A stretch of 64,000 nucleotides of DNA from an uncultured Actinomycetota bacterium (GTDB lineage Bacteria > Actinomycetota > Actinomycetes > JAFAQI01): NCBI GenBank assembly GCA_963770565.1, contig CAVYQE010000011.1, forward strand, positions 704,001-768,000, read 5' to 3'. The position numbers and the translations under genes were made by a program. The notes under the pieces are model-generated. The model was not told the origin of the DNA. It saw only the letters and a list, made by a program, of their open reading frames with translations, and did no database searches. Of this stretch, positions 1 through 9,908 are shown piece by piece (position 1 is the stretch's first letter; every line of letters starts with the position of its first letter).

Positions 1-937
1 CGGAGGCGTAGCCCTCCGGCATCGCGATCGAGTCCCACAGCGCGAGCGGATCGACCACCTCAGGATGCGCGACGCTGAGGTGTGCACCGGCGTCGCTGAT
101 CGCGTCGATCGTCGCTCGGAACGACGCGCGCACATCGGGGTCGACCGCTGCGTACCCGAGGTCTTCGGAGACCGCGACTCGGAGCCCGTCCCAGCCGGGC
201 GAAGTGACCGCGGCGAGATAATTGGCCGGCGGCGCGGGGTAGCTCAGCCAGTCATCTGCCGACGGTCCGGCCATGACGGACAGCGCCAGAGCGAGGTCGC
301 GGACCGAGCCGGCGATCGGACCGGTCACCGAAATCGTCGGCCAGCCGCGGAATCCGGGCATCTTCGGGACCAGGCCGAAGCTCGGCTTCAAGCCATAAGT
401 GCCGCAGAACGCGGACGGGATCCGGATCGAGCCACCGCCATCGGTACCGAGTGCCAGCGGGACCATGCCACCGGCCACCGAGGCTGCGGCGCCGCCGCTC
501 GACCCGCCACTGGTCCGCGTCGGGTCGGCGGGATTGCGGGTCACGCCGTACAGCTCGTTGGCAGTGGTGCCGCGGTAGCAGAACTCCGGGTTGTTGGTCT
601 TGCCGACGATGACCGCGCCGGCGTCGAGCAGCCGTCCGACGCAGGCGCAGTCGGACGGCGCGATGAAGTCGCCGAGTGCTCGCGAGCCGTTGGTGGCGGG
701 CAGGCCGGCCACCCAGATGTGGTCCTTGACCGAGATCGGTACGCCGGCCAGCGAGCCGGTTCGCTCGCCGCGGTCCACCTCGGCGGCTCGAGCCAGCGCG
801 GCCTCCCCGGTGACGACCGTGAACGCGCCGATGCCCGGGTCTACCTGGGAGATCCGCTCCAGCGCGTCGGAAACCGCGGCCACCGCGCTGGTCGACCCTT
901 CGCGGATCGCGGCTGCGGTCTGCCAGGCGTCAATCAC
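1..937 (-). CDS. Amidase signature family protein (runs off window start)
   Basis: Manual translation from GTG at 937, which overlaps the permease TGA: MIDAWQTAAAIR...LAGVPISVKD...GKTNNPEF...SGGSSGGAAA...GTDGGGSIRIPSAFCG. These are amidase signature motifs. Not in the ORF track because it is partial. Confidence 0.9.
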   Translation of the reverse strand, partial: MIDAWQTAAAIREGSTSAVAAVSDALERISQVDPGIGAFTVVTGEAALARAAEVDRGERTGSLAGVPISVKDHIWVAGLPATNGSRALGDFIAPSDCACVGRLLDAGAVIVGKTNNPEFCYRGTTANELYGVTRNPADPTRTSGGSSGGAAASVAGGMVPLALGTDGGGSIRIPSAFCGTYGLKPSFGLVPKMPGFRGWPTISVTGPIAGSVRDLALALSVMAGPSADDWLSYPAPPANYLAAVTSPGWDGLRVAVSEDLGYAAVDPDVRASFRATIDAISDAGAHLSVAHPEVVDPLALWDSIAMPEGYAS

Positions 938-2418
938 GGCTCCATGCGCTCGTGCGGTAGTAGGGCAGCGTGGTGCGCCACGGCCTCCTCGAGGCTCGCC
1001 TGCTCGGCGACGGCGATCCGCGTCTCGGCCTCGACGTCGATCGACCGGGCGAAAACGTAGTAGAGGACCGCTGAGATCGGTAGCCCGATGAACAGCGAGA
1101 TGTCAGCACCGTGCAACTTGTGGGAGACGAAGCCGACGTAGGCCGTCCCGATCGAGAAGAACGGCACCATGCAAGCGAAACCGACCATGTAGGCGCTAAT
1201 ACCTCGCCAGCCCCAACGGCCGTACATCCCGTTCGGGTTGAAGATCTCAGCGATCGCGTAATGGCCGCGTCTCACCACGTAGTAGTCGACCAGGTTGACC
1301 GCCGTCCAGGGGATGAAGAAATACAGCACGAGCAGCAGGAAGTCCTCGAAGTGGCTGAGGAAGTGGCTGGTCGAGGCCAAGGCACCGATCAGCGAAAGTG
1401 CGGCCGTGAAGCCGATCGTGATGATGCGCACGGTGATCGTTGGCGTGACCCGCTTGAACGAGTCGATCGCGCTGATCAGCGTCAGGGATCCGCCGTACAT
1501 GTTCAGTGCGGTGACCGACACCAGGCCGATCGCGGCGAGGATCAGCACGATTGCGCCGAATCCGTCGAACACCTTGTCACCGACCGTGTTGAGCTCCGGG
1601 ATCGCGGTGCCGCTGAAGTCGGCACCCGCCCAACCGGCGAGGAGCGCCCCGACGACCATCAGCCAGGCACCACCGAGTGCAGAGCCCCAATAGGTCCAGT
1701 AGAACGTCTTGCGCACCGTCACGCTGGGCGGCAGGTAGCGGGAGTAGTCCGAGACGTAGATCGCCCAGCTGATCTGGTAGCCCGCAACCACACCGAACTG
1801 CGCGAGGAACGGCGTCCACTTGAAGCCACTGAAGGTGAACGACCCGGCCGGATAGTGCAGGGTGAAGACCGCAATCGTGAAAATGCCGAAGATCGCCAGC
1901 ATCAGGAAGGTCAGCACCTGCTCGGCCCGGTGGATCAGGTCGTAGCCGACGAGGGCGATGACGAAAGCCACCACGGTGGCGATGACGACCCATAGCTTCA
2001 CCGCGCCGTGCGCGGTCACATGCATGGCGTCTCCGGCCAGGATCGTGTTGAAGATGTTGAAGCCGAAGTACTGGACGTAGGCGAACAACCACACCAGTAG
2101 GGCGCCCACGTAGCCGAACTGTGGCCGCGACTGGATCATCTGCGGCAGCCCGAGTTGCGGACCCTGGGCCGAGTGGAACGCCATGAACAGCGTCCCCAGC
2201 AAGGTGCCGAGCAGAATCGAGATCAGTGACCAGGTCAGGTTGCCGCCGTCGTAGAAGCTGATCAGGCCCACTGCGAGGGTGGCGATCTGTGCGTTTGACA
2301 TGAACCACAGCGGTCCGAGGTGCCAGAGCTTGCCGTGCCGTTCGTTCAAGGGCACGTAGTCGATCGACCGAACCTCGACGCCACTAATCCGGGGCTGGTC
2401 CTGCTGGGTGATTGTCAT
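934..2418 (-). CDS. Purine-cytosine permease / NCS1 family transporter
   Basis: About 12 hydrophobic segments with EVRSIDYVPLNERHG, GPQLGLPQMIQSRPQFG, YVSDYSRYLP and PWTAVNLVDYY. The start could alternatively be 2433. Confidence 0.88.
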   Translation of the reverse strand: MTITQQDQPRISGVEVRSIDYVPLNERHGKLWHLGPLWFMSNAQIATLAVGLISFYDGGNLTWSLISILLGTLLGTLFMAFHSAQGPQLGLPQMIQSRPQFGYVGALLVWLFAYVQYFGFNIFNTILAGDAMHVTAHGAVKLWVVIATVVAFVIALVGYDLIHRAEQVLTFLMLAIFGIFTIAVFTLHYPAGSFTFSGFKWTPFLAQFGVVAGYQISWAIYVSDYSRYLPPSVTVRKTFYWTYWGSALGGAWLMVVGALLAGWAGADFSGTAIPELNTVGDKVFDGFGAIVLILAAIGLVSVTALNMYGGSLTLISAIDSFKRVTPTITVRIITIGFTAALSLIGALASTSHFLSHFEDFLLLVLYFFIPWTAVNLVDYYVVRRGHYAIAEIFNPNGMYGRWGWRGISAYMVGFACMVPFFSIGTAYVGFVSHKLHGADISLFIGLPISAVLYYVFARSIDVEAETRIAVAEQASLEEAVAHHAALLPHERMEP

Positions 2419-2488
2419 CGCTGCACTTTGCACTATTGGTGCGGTGTTGGGAAGGGGTTGCGCCGATCAAGATCAGTGGCGGCTCGGG

Positions 2489-3445
2489 TCAGCTCCCGGC
2501 CATCACGGATAGCAGTTCATAGCCCGCGTGGGATGCGGCGATCCCGGTGATCTCGGCGTGGTCGTAGGCAGGAGATACCTCGACGATGTCGGCGGAGACG
2601 AGCTGCGCGCCGGTCAGGCCTCTGAGGACGCCGAGCAGCTCGCGCGAGGTCATTCCGCCGGCTTCGGGCGTGCCGGTGCCGGGTGCGTGGGCGGGGTCGA
2701 GGACGTCGATGTCGACCGAGACGTACACCGGTCGATCGCCGAGCCGTTCGCGCATCCGCTCGATCGTGCCGTTCACCCCGAGCGCATCCAGCTCCGTGCA
2801 GTGGATGGTGGCGAAGCCGAGGTCAGCTGACTCGGGTAGGTCGCTGGGTTGGTAGAGCGGGCCGCGGATGCCGATGTGCAGGCAGTGGTCGCGGTCGAGC
2901 AGCCCTTCCTCGGACGCCCGCCGGAACGGCGTCCCGTGGGTGAACGGCTCGCCGAAGTAGGTGTCCCAGGTGTCGAGATGGGCGTCGAAGTGCAGTACGG
3001 CGATCGGCCCGTGCGTCGCATGCATCACCCGTAGCAACGGCAGCGCGATCGTGTGGTCGCCGCCGAGGGTAAGGAGCCGGGCACCGCTCGATACCAGCTC
3101 GGCGGCGCCGGCTTCGATCTGGGAGATCGCCTCGGAGATGTCGAACGGGTTGACCGCGATGTCGCCGGCGTCGACCACCTGCTGGGCGCCGAACGGCGAA
3201 ACGCCGAGGGCCGGGTTGTAGGGGCGGAGCAGGCGCGAGCTCTGCCGGATATGCGACGGCCCGAACCGCGCGCCAGGGCGATAGCTGACTCCGCTGTCGA
3301 AGGGGATGCCGACCACCGCGACGTCAACAGCGGCCGCGACGTCCTCGAGGCGCGGCAGCCGGGCGAACGTCGACAGGCCGGCATAGCGGGGCACGACCGA
3401 AGCATCGGTCGGCCCGACCGGACGATCCTGGCCGGCGGAGCTCAC
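2489..3445 (-). CDS. speB: Agmatinase / guanidinobutyrase (ureohydrolase family)
   Basis: [26 protein letters not shown] and GTGTPEAGG Mn-binding motifs. GTG at 3445 is preceded by a -10-like AATACT + 6 nt (leaderless). Confidence 0.85.
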   Translation of the reverse strand: MSSAGQDRPVGPTDASVVPRYAGLSTFARLPRLEDVAAAVDVAVVGIPFDSGVSYRPGARFGPSHIRQSSRLLRPYNPALGVSPFGAQQVVDAGDIAVNPFDISEAISQIEAGAAELVSSGARLLTLGGDHTIALPLLRVMHATHGPIAVLHFDAHLDTWDTYFGEPFTHGTPFRRASEEGLLDRDHCLHIGIRGPLYQPSDLPESADLGFATIHCTELDALGVNGTIERMRERLGDRPVYVSVDIDVLDPAHAPGTGTPEAGGMTSRELLGVLRGLTGAQLVSADIVEVSPAYDHAEITGIAASHAGYELLSVMAGS

Positions 3446-3500
3446 GCCGACAGTATTGCCGCTCGCCACCCGCTGGTGACCAGTAGGCGAAGATGCGTGC

Positions 3501-5774
3501 ATGGTTCGGGCGGTGATGGCCGCGCTCCGCCGCTACCAGGGGCTCGGAGCGGTACGCCGGGCTGCGCGGGCGGCGATCGTGATGCCCGGGATGTTCGCGG
3601 TCGGCGACAAGGTCATCGGTGATCCGACCGTCGCGACCTTCGCCGCCTTCGGCAGCTTCGCAATGGTCCTGCTGGTCAACTTCGGCGGGTCGCTCCGCGA
3701 GCGGCTGGAGGCGCAGGTCGCGCTCTCGGTCACCGCCGCCGCCCTGGTGTGTCTAGGCACCCTGGTGTCGCGGACGACCTGGCTGGCGGTCGTGACGATG
3801 GCGGTGGTCGGGTTCGGCGTACTGTTCGCGGGCGTCGTCAGCTCGGTTCTCGCGAGCGCAACCACCGCGCTGCTGCTGGCCTTCATCCTTCCCGTCTCGC
3901 TCGCCGCGGCGCCATCGGCGATCCCGTACCGGCTCGAAGGGTGGGGGCTGGCCTGCGGCGCCGCGCTGCTTGCGATGGCGCTGCTGTGGCCGGCGCGTAC
4001 GCCGGACCCGTTGCGAACGGCGGCCGCCGATGCCTGCCGCGCGCTGTCCGAACGGCTCCGTTCCGATATCGCGTTCCACGTCGGCGGCGGCGTGGGGGAG
4101 TCTGCCGCCGGGCATGAGCTCGCGGTCGAGGGGGCGAGGAACGCGGTCGCCGCCTTGCACAAGACCTTCCTCGAGACGCCGTACCGACCCACCGGGTTGG
4201 GGACCGCAGCACGAACGATCGTGCGGTTGGTCGACGAACTGAACTGGCTGGATGTCGTGCTGGCGTACGAGCATCCGGTGTCGGGACCGGTGTCTCCGGA
4301 TCGGCCGAGCATCGCGGTCAAGCAGGCTGCCGCGACGGTGCTCGCGCAGTGCGCCGACCTGTTGCAACGTCCGGAGCAGTCGCCGGAGTCGTTGCGCGAG
4401 GCACTGGCCACCTTGCATGGGGCGCTCGAGGCGATGGAGGTCGACGCGACCTTCGAGCTGCCGGTGGTTCGCGCACCGGCCATGGCCGCTGGCGGTATGG
4501 ATGACGACCAAGTGGTCGAGTTCGTGACCTCGCTGGACCCGAGCTTCCGCGCCCAGGAGCTGAGCTTCGCGGTCGCGCTGGTCGGGCTCAACGTGGATCG
4601 AACCGTCACGGCGGAACGCCGTGGGTGGTGGCAGCGACTGCTCGGTCAGCAGCCGGACGGAGTGGCTGGCCCGCTCTCCGCCGCCCGGGAGCGAGCCGGC
4701 GCACATCTCGAGCTGCACTCGGTCTGGTTGCACAACAGCGTGCGCGGGGCCGCGGCTCTGGCGAGCGCCGTCCTCATCGCGGACCTGACCGGTGTGCAGC
4801 ACTCGTTCTGGGTCGTGCTCGGCACCTTGTCCGTACTTCGGTCCAACGCGCTCAACACCGGGCAGAACGCGCTGCGCGGCGTCCTCGGCACGTCTGCCGG
4901 CTTCGTGCTCGGTGCGATCCTGCTCAAGCTCATCGGCACCGATCCCACATTGCTGTGGATCCTGCTACCGATCGTGGTCCTGCTCGCCGGCATCGCTCCG
5001 GCGCTGGTGTCGTTCGCCGCCGGACAAGCCGCGTTCACCTTGACCTTGGTGATCCTCTACAACATCGTCCAACCGGTCGGGTGGCGGGTGGGGTTGCTCC
5101 GGGTCGAGGACGTCGCGCTGGGGTGTGCGGTCAGCGTTGCGGTTGGGATGCTGTTCTGGCCGCGTGGAGCGGTGGCGACGCTACGCACCGCGCTCGCTGA
5201 GGCGTACGCCGACAGTGCGACGTACCTTCACAACGCGGTGATCTACGGCGCGAACCGCTGTGACGCCGGGCGCGCCCCGTCGGTCGAGCCCACTACGGAA
5301 GCCGTCCTGGCCGCGGCGTCGTCGCGACGCCTCGACGACACCTTCCGCAGCTATCTCGCCGAGAACGGGCCTAAGCACGTGTCGCTGGCCGAGATCACCA
5401 GCCTGGTCACGGGCGTTGCGGCCCTGCGGCTTGCGGCCGACGCGATCGTGGATCTCTGGGAAAGTGACCATGAGCGAGGAGGAGACCGCGCCGCCGCGCG
5501 CGAGGAGCTGCTGACCAACAGTGCCATCGTCCGCGGGTGGTACGCCGACTTCGCGAACAGCCTGCTCAGGACGCGCGAGCCACCAGCGCCGCTCCGCCAC
5601 GATCGCGCCGCCAACGGTCGCCTGGTCGACGCGGTGCGTCGCGACCTGCGGACCGACGACGGCCGCTCGACCGCGGTAGCCGTCCGAGTGATCTGGACCG
5701 CTGACCATCTCGACGCCGCGCGGCGCCTGCAGCAATCGATTGTGGGTGCGGCCCGCGCCGCCTCGACGAACTGA
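3501..5774 (+). CDS. FUSC family (aromatic acid exporter-like) membrane protein
   Basis: Two hydrophobic blocks. [12 protein letters not shown]...[17 protein letters not shown] is typical of actinobacterial FUSC proteins. Confidence 0.8.
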   Translation: MVRAVMAALRRYQGLGAVRRAARAAIVMPGMFAVGDKVIGDPTVATFAAFGSFAMVLLVNFGGSLRERLEAQVALSVTAAALVCLGTLVSRTTWLAVVTMAVVGFGVLFAGVVSSVLASATTALLLAFILPVSLAAAPSAIPYRLEGWGLACGAALLAMALLWPARTPDPLRTAAADACRALSERLRSDIAFHVGGGVGESAAGHELAVEGARNAVAALHKTFLETPYRPTGLGTAARTIVRLVDELNWLDVVLAYEHPVSGPVSPDRPSIAVKQAAATVLAQCADLLQRPEQSPESLREALATLHGALEAMEVDATFELPVVRAPAMAAGGMDDDQVVEFVTSLDPSFRAQELSFAVALVGLNVDRTVTAERRGWWQRLLGQQPDGVAGPLSAARERAGAHLELHSVWLHNSVRGAAALASAVLIADLTGVQHSFWVVLGTLSVLRSNALNTGQNALRGVLGTSAGFVLGAILLKLIGTDPTLLWILLPIVVLLAGIAPALVSFAAGQAAFTLTLVILYNIVQPVGWRVGLLRVEDVALGCAVSVAVGMLFWPRGAVATLRTALAEAYADSATYLHNAVIYGANRCDAGRAPSVEPTTEAVLAAASSRRLDDTFRSYLAENGPKHVSLAEITSLVTGVAALRLAADAIVDLWESDHERGGDRAAAREELLTNSAIVRGWYADFANSLLRTREPPAPLRHDRAANGRLVDAVRRDLRTDDGRSTAVAVRVIWTADHLDAARRLQQSIVGAARAASTN

Positions 5775-5819
5775 CCCGTGGCCGAATTTCGGCCTCTTTG
5801 GAGCGCAGCGTCTCAGGTC

Positions 5820-6606
5820 TCAGTGACCGTGCGGGTTGGGGGAGTGCGTCGGATGCGGTTGCTGCGTCGGGTGCGGTTGCTTGCGTCGGGTGCGGCTTCT
5901 TCGTCGGGTGCGGCTTCTTGGTCGGGTGCGGGCTCTTGGTCGGGTGCGGGCTCTTGGTCGGGTGCGGGCTCTTGGTCGGGTGCGGGCTCTTGGTCGGGTG
6001 CGGGCTCTTGGTCGGGTGCGGACTCTTGGTCGGGTGCGGACTCTTGACCGGATGAGTCGGGTGGTTCGAGGGCGTCGGCTGCGCCGGTTGAGTCGGGGCT
6101 GCCGAGGATCCTGGGCGGTGGCTCCCGCTGGTGACGCCGACCGGCGCGGTGGCGCTGGAGGTCGGGGTCACGGCCGGGTTGGGCTTCGGCCCGGATGAAG
6201 GGGCGCCCGGCGTGGGGGTCGTCGCCGGTCGCGGCGCCGGCGTCGCGGAAGTGTGGTGCGAGGGGTGCGGGTAGAAGATGTCGTCGACGACCGTCCTGAC
6301 CGCATGCGGCGTGTGACCGGTCGCCGCGACCGCGACCCCGCCGGCAACCACGATGCCGCCGGCAATGCTCGCTGCGGCGGCCCAGCCTGAGAGTCGACCG
6401 ACAAGCCGGCCGAACGGGGATCGCCGCGTTGCCTGGTGGGCCCGGAAGTACCGGAGCGCTTCCTGTTCGCCGCGGGCCGGACCGTCGTCCGAAGCCCGGA
6501 GCGTAGTGAGCAGGTCCTCGACCGGTCCGCCGACATGCGAGGTCGCCGCGAAGAGTTGCTCGCACTCTTCGTCGGACAGCTCGCGGTCGCGCGGTTCGTC
6601 AGTCAT
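5820..6606 (-). CDS. Putative anti-sigma factor: single TM with extracytoplasmic Pro/His/Thr repeat, apparent 1-nt frameshift near 5881
   Basis: Lies directly downstream of the ECF sigma gene. TM segment WAAAASIAGGIVVAGGVAVAA. The repeat continues in a shifted frame (QQPHPT..HSPNPHGH*) to TGA at 5820; as read, the ORF extends to 5566. Confidence 0.65.
5847..6045 (-). repeat. 18-bp coding tandem repeat, 11 units: (KSPHPT)x7, (KKPHPT)x2, (QQPHPT)x2
   Basis: Unit GGTCGGGTGCGGGCTCTT on the + strand. One unit (5865-5883) is 19 nt. Confidence 0.95.
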
Positions 6607-6607
6607 G

Positions 6608-7189
6608 TCACTCCTCTACCGAACCAAGCGGGATTTCCGTTACACCGTCGCCGAGGATCCGGGCGAGCGTACGAAGCCCGCGATGGGACAGGACCCGCAC
6701 GGTGCCGGGCTTCTTGCCGACGATCCGAGCCACCTGCTCGACGCTGAGTCCGGCGATCGCCCGCAATGTCACGATCTCCGCCTGGTCGGTGGGGAGCTGC
6801 CGGATCAGCGCCATCGCGGCGTCGGTGCCCGAATGCTCCGCAGCCTCGGCCTCGACGTCGGACCCCGACGGGCCGTCGATATCGGTCAACGGCCGGTCGA
6901 GCACCTCGGGTCGGCGCGCTCGTCGGCGTACCTCGTCGACCCATCGCCGGCGCGCCATCGTGAGCACCCACGCGTGAAAGCTGCCGAGGTCGTCATCGCG
7001 GAAGGTGCGCATGGACTTGATGATCGACACCCAGGTGTCACTCGCGACATCGTCGATCAGGTCGGCGCTGGCGAAGGACGCGAGGTAGCGGAGCACGACC
7101 GGCCGGGTATGGCGGAACAGCTGTGTGAACGCCGCCTCGTCACCGGCTCGCGCCAGTCGAAGGACGTCCGGAAACTGTTCGGGTTGCAC
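6608..7189 (-). CDS. ECF RNA polymerase sigma-70 factor (SigD-like)
   Basis: ARAGDEAAFTQLFR, DDVASDTW, FHAWVLTMARRRWVDEVRR, and region 4 LPTDQAEIVTLR..GLSVEQVARIVGKKPGTVRVLSHRGL. The start could alternatively be 7213. Confidence 0.92.
   Translation of the reverse strand: MQPEQFPDVLRLARAGDEAAFTQLFRHTRPVVLRYLASFASADLIDDVASDTWVSIIKSMRTFRDDDLGSFHAWVLTMARRRWVDEVRRRARRPEVLDRPLTDIDGPSGSDVEAEAAEHSGTDAAMALIRQLPTDQAEIVTLRAIAGLSVEQVARIVGKKPGTVRVLSHRGLRTLARILGDGVTEIPLGSVEE
6618..6643 (-). promoter_or_regulatory. Putative ECF promoter GTAACG-N17-GGT inside the 3' end of the sigma gene, upstream of the anti-sigma ATG
   Basis: Minus strand reads GTAACG GAAATCCCGCTTGGTTC GGT AGAGGAGTGAC ATG. Same -35 and spacing as the site at 7251. 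Confidence 0.5.
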
Positions 7190-7250
7190 GGCATCCCATC
7201 GGCTCAGATGCACGGTTGGTCAAGAAAACCGATCCGTAGCCGCCCGGACT

Positions 7251-7276
7251 GTAACGCTCTGCGGGTTGCGGGCGAT
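7251..7276 (+). promoter_or_regulatory. Putative SigD-type ECF promoter GTAACG-N17-GAT
   Basis: GTAACG CTCTGCGGGTTGCGGGC GAT matches the actinobacterial SigD consensus and lies upstream of the gene at 7336. Confidence 0.6.
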
Positions 7277-7335
7277 TACGCAGCGAGTCCACCACCAACC
7301 GGTATTACCCGCGACTCGGCAAGGAGAAGATCACC

Positions 7336-7779
7336 ATGAACCGGATCTCCCAGGCAGGAACCTTCCTCGGCACGGCCGCGCTCAGCCTGGCGGCAGTCGC
7401 CGGCCCGGCCGCGGGCGCCACGCATACCAACGCCAAGCCCACCAAGCTGGTGCACACCCATCTCACGCTCAAGGCAACGCAGGAGCGGGTCACCAAGAAC
7501 GACAAGTTCAAGGCCACCGTCGTGGCCAAGCTGCGTGCGAGGAAGGCTGGTCTCGCGGGCGAGACCGTCGACCTCGAGCAGCACGCCAAGGGCGCGACGA
7601 AGTGGGTCGACACCGGACTGACGGGCACCACGGCGGCTGACGGCACCGCGTCGTTTGCCTTCGTTCAGGGCGCCACGACCGTGCAGTACCGCGTCGTCTT
7701 CGCCGGCGACTCGGCGTACGCCAAGTCGCACAGCGGCACCGTCACGATCCGCAAGTTCAAGGCGGCCTCCGCAAGCTAG
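7336..7779 (+). CDS. Secreted basic beta-sandwich-like hypothetical protein
   Basis: AAGGAG RBS, signal peptide ending AAGA, and YRVVFAGDSAYAKSHS, an Ig-like C-terminal strand pattern. Confidence 0.75.
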   Translation: MNRISQAGTFLGTAALSLAAVAGPAAGATHTNAKPTKLVHTHLTLKATQERVTKNDKFKATVVAKLRARKAGLAGETVDLEQHAKGATKWVDTGLTGTTAADGTASFAFVQGATTVQYRVVFAGDSAYAKSHSGTVTIRKFKAASAS

Positions 7780-7809
7780 CTGCGAAGCCTGCGGCTGACC
7801 GCTGGTAAG

Positions 7810-7848
7810 GCGTGGGGTGGGTGGCGACGAGCGCTACCCACCCCACGC
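7810..7848. terminator. Strong hairpin between convergent genes
   Basis: GCGTGGGGTGGGTGGCG-acgag-CGCTACCCACCCCACGC: 17-bp arms with one G-U pair. Confidence 0.7.
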
Positions 7849-9060
7849 GCCTGCCCCGATCACGCCGTCGTCGACGAGCCGTTCGATCTCGGCCGGGTCG
7901 AACCCGGCGAGCTCGGTCAGAACCGTTATCGCGTCCGCACCGAGATCCGAGGCGGCGCGCACCGGCGGGTCGGAGTCGCGCCACCGCATCGCTGAGGTCG
8001 CCGAGATGACCGGGCCGATTCCGGGTTGGTCGATCTGCTGAAGAGGCGCCGGCATCGCTTCGGCGGTCTCGGCCAGTGAGCGGAACGGTCCCCACAACAC
8101 CCGCGCCTCGGTCAACGCGCCGGTGATCGCGGCGAGGTCGTGTGCGCCGAACCACGGCTCGAGGATGGTCGAGATCTCGGCCCGGAGCCGATATCGCGCC
8201 GACTCATCGCGGATCAGATCGACGTCGTGCTCGGCCTCGAGCGTCGCGATCGCCGCGCCACTGCCGGTGACGCCGATCAGCGCCCGCCATTGCGACGGTG
8301 TCAGCGCGACGACCATCACGTACCGGCCGTCTGCGGTCGCGAAGTCGCGACCGTAACTGCCGTAGATCGCGTTGCCCTGCCGGTCGCGGTCCTGACCGCT
8401 CGCCGCGACCTCCGAGAACCAGCCGAGGTTCGCGACGCCGGCGAGCGCGACATCGGCGAGCGCGATGTCGATCCGAGCACCCGCACCACTTCGGTCGCGG
8501 CGATGCAACGCGGCGAGCAATGCAGTGGTCACCGTCATCCCGGTCAGCAGGTCCCAGGCCGGCAGCACGTGGTTGACCGGCCCGATCTGCGCCTCCGGCC
8601 CGGTGACGAACGGGACTCCGGTCTCGGCATTGACGGTGTAGTCGACCGCCGGCCGCCCATCGCGGGTGCCCTCGATGTGGACATGGATCAAGTCCGGGCG
8701 GCGGCGGCTCAGTGTCTCCCACGACAGCCAGTCCGCGGCGACCGCGTTGTCAACGAGCACGCCGCGGTCCGTGCCGGGCGCGCAGATCAGCCGGAGCGCA
8801 ACCTCGCGGCCCTGCTCGCTGTGCAGGTCGAGGGTGATCGAGAGCTTGCCGCGGTTGAGCGCCGACCAGTACAGACTGCGGCCGTTCGGCGCGAGCGGCC
8901 ACCGGTTGACGTCGACCGCCCCGCCGAGTGGGTCGATTCGCACGACGGTGGCCCCGAGCTGCGCCAGCGCCAGTCCGGCCGAAGGGCCGGCGACGAACGT
9001 CGCCAGCTCGATGACCACAAGACCGGTGAGCGGGGCCGTTTCGGGCCAGGGAGTGCTGAC
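7834..9060 (-). CDS. Family III CoA transferase, 2-methylfumaryl/mesaconyl-CoA isomerase-like
   Basis: PLTGLVVIELATFVAGPSAG, RWPLAPNGRSLYW..LNRGK, AVDYTVNA, PVNHVLPAWD. The conserved N-terminus extends upstream of the first canonical start (9018); the codon at the RBS-appropriate position (9060) is GTC. Confidence 0.8.
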   Translation of the reverse strand, partial: VSTPWPETAPLTGLVVIELATFVAGPSAGLALAQLGATVVRIDPLGGAVDVNRWPLAPNGRSLYWSALNRGKLSITLDLHSEQGREVALRLICAPGTDRGVLVDNAVAADWLSWETLSRRRPDLIHVHIEGTRDGRPAVDYTVNAETGVPFVTGPEAQIGPVNHVLPAWDLLTGMTVTTALLAALHRRDRSGAGARIDIALADVALAGVANLGWFSEVAASGQDRDRQGNAIYGSYGRDFATADGRYVMVVALTPSQWRALIGVTGSGAAIATLEAEHDVDLIRDESARYRLRAEISTILEPWFGAHDLAAITGALTEARVLWGPFRSLAETAEAMPAPLQQIDQPGIGPVISATSAMRWRDSDPPVRAASDLGADAITVLTELAGFDPAEIERLVDDGVIGAGAWGG

Positions 9061-9241
9061 GGCGACACCCCTCTCTCATCCGTCGTGCGGCGCCCCAGTA
9101 TCTCGTTCGGAGTCCCTGGCTCGATCGCGGATCGGCTGCCGACCAGCGGAACATCTGCGACTGGTTTGCGACCGGGCCGCCACAGACTGCCGGCACAAGT
9201 TCGGTGCTCCAAGGCGGCCCGGCAAGACCAGGGGAAGAACC

Positions 9242-9898
9242 ATGCCCAGCAAGCGAATCGCGTATCTCACCACCGGTGTGGCGCTCGGTGCCGTTGCGGC
9301 CCTGACTGGCTGTTCGAGCTCGAGCGGCTCGATCTCGGGCTTGCAAAGTATTGCGTCGCCCGCTGCTGCGACCGGCGGCGGATCACCGGCCGGAGGGTCG
9401 CCAGCGGCATCGACCGATCCGCTTCAGGGAATCATCGGCTCCGGCGGTCCGCTCGATGTCAGCAAGGTGTGCGCGGCGGTCCCTCCGGCCGACGTCCAGA
9501 AGCTGTTCAAGGCCACGGCATCGGCACCGGCGCTGGCCTCCTACCCCGGCGAGTGCAACTGGGGTGGCGGCGGGATCACCGTCGATATCTTCCCCAATGA
9601 CGCGGACAAGTCGCTGTACGGCGGAGGTGCCGTTTCGCCGGCAACCGGTGCCCATCTGTCCGGGGTGGGTGACCTCGCACAGTGGACCCAGCCGGTCCCG
9701 GGTCACACCGTGCCGTTCCTGGTCGCGCACAAGGGAAGCATCTCGATCAGCGTCAGCCCGAGCCTCAATGTCGATCAGACCTCGATCGCCTACACCGGCA
9801 GCGCGCCGTTCTTCGACGTGTCCAAGGCGGAAGCGTTGAAGTACGCGACCGAGGAGGGTCAGATCTGTAACGACATCTTCTCGGCGATGAGCTCCTGA
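9242..9898 (+). CDS. Hypothetical lipoprotein
   Basis: Lipobox LTGC after a hydrophobic stretch, then a Ser/Gly linker and Cys pairs (KVCAA, GECNW, QICND). Confidence 0.75.
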   Translation: MPSKRIAYLTTGVALGAVAALTGCSSSSGSISGLQSIASPAAATGGGSPAGGSPAASTDPLQGIIGSGGPLDVSKVCAAVPPADVQKLFKATASAPALASYPGECNWGGGGITVDIFPNDADKSLYGGGAVSPATGAHLSGVGDLAQWTQPVPGHTVPFLVAHKGSISISVSPSLNVDQTSIAYTGSAPFFDVSKAEALKYATEEGQICNDIFSAMSS

Positions 9899-9908
9899 GA
9901 CGACGTCT

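Noticed and set aside
65-1060. 331-aa + strand ORF and many similar long Arg/Ala-rich ORFs (e.g. 8140-9600, 23411-24964, 53658-55997, 59282-60724)
   Set aside because: Antisense or alternate-frame shadows of well-supported genes in high-GC DNA, with no motifs of their own.
5847-6045. Regular repeat resembling a CRISPR array
   Set aside because: Contiguous 18-bp units with no unique spacers, in frame within a CDS, and no cas genes in the window.
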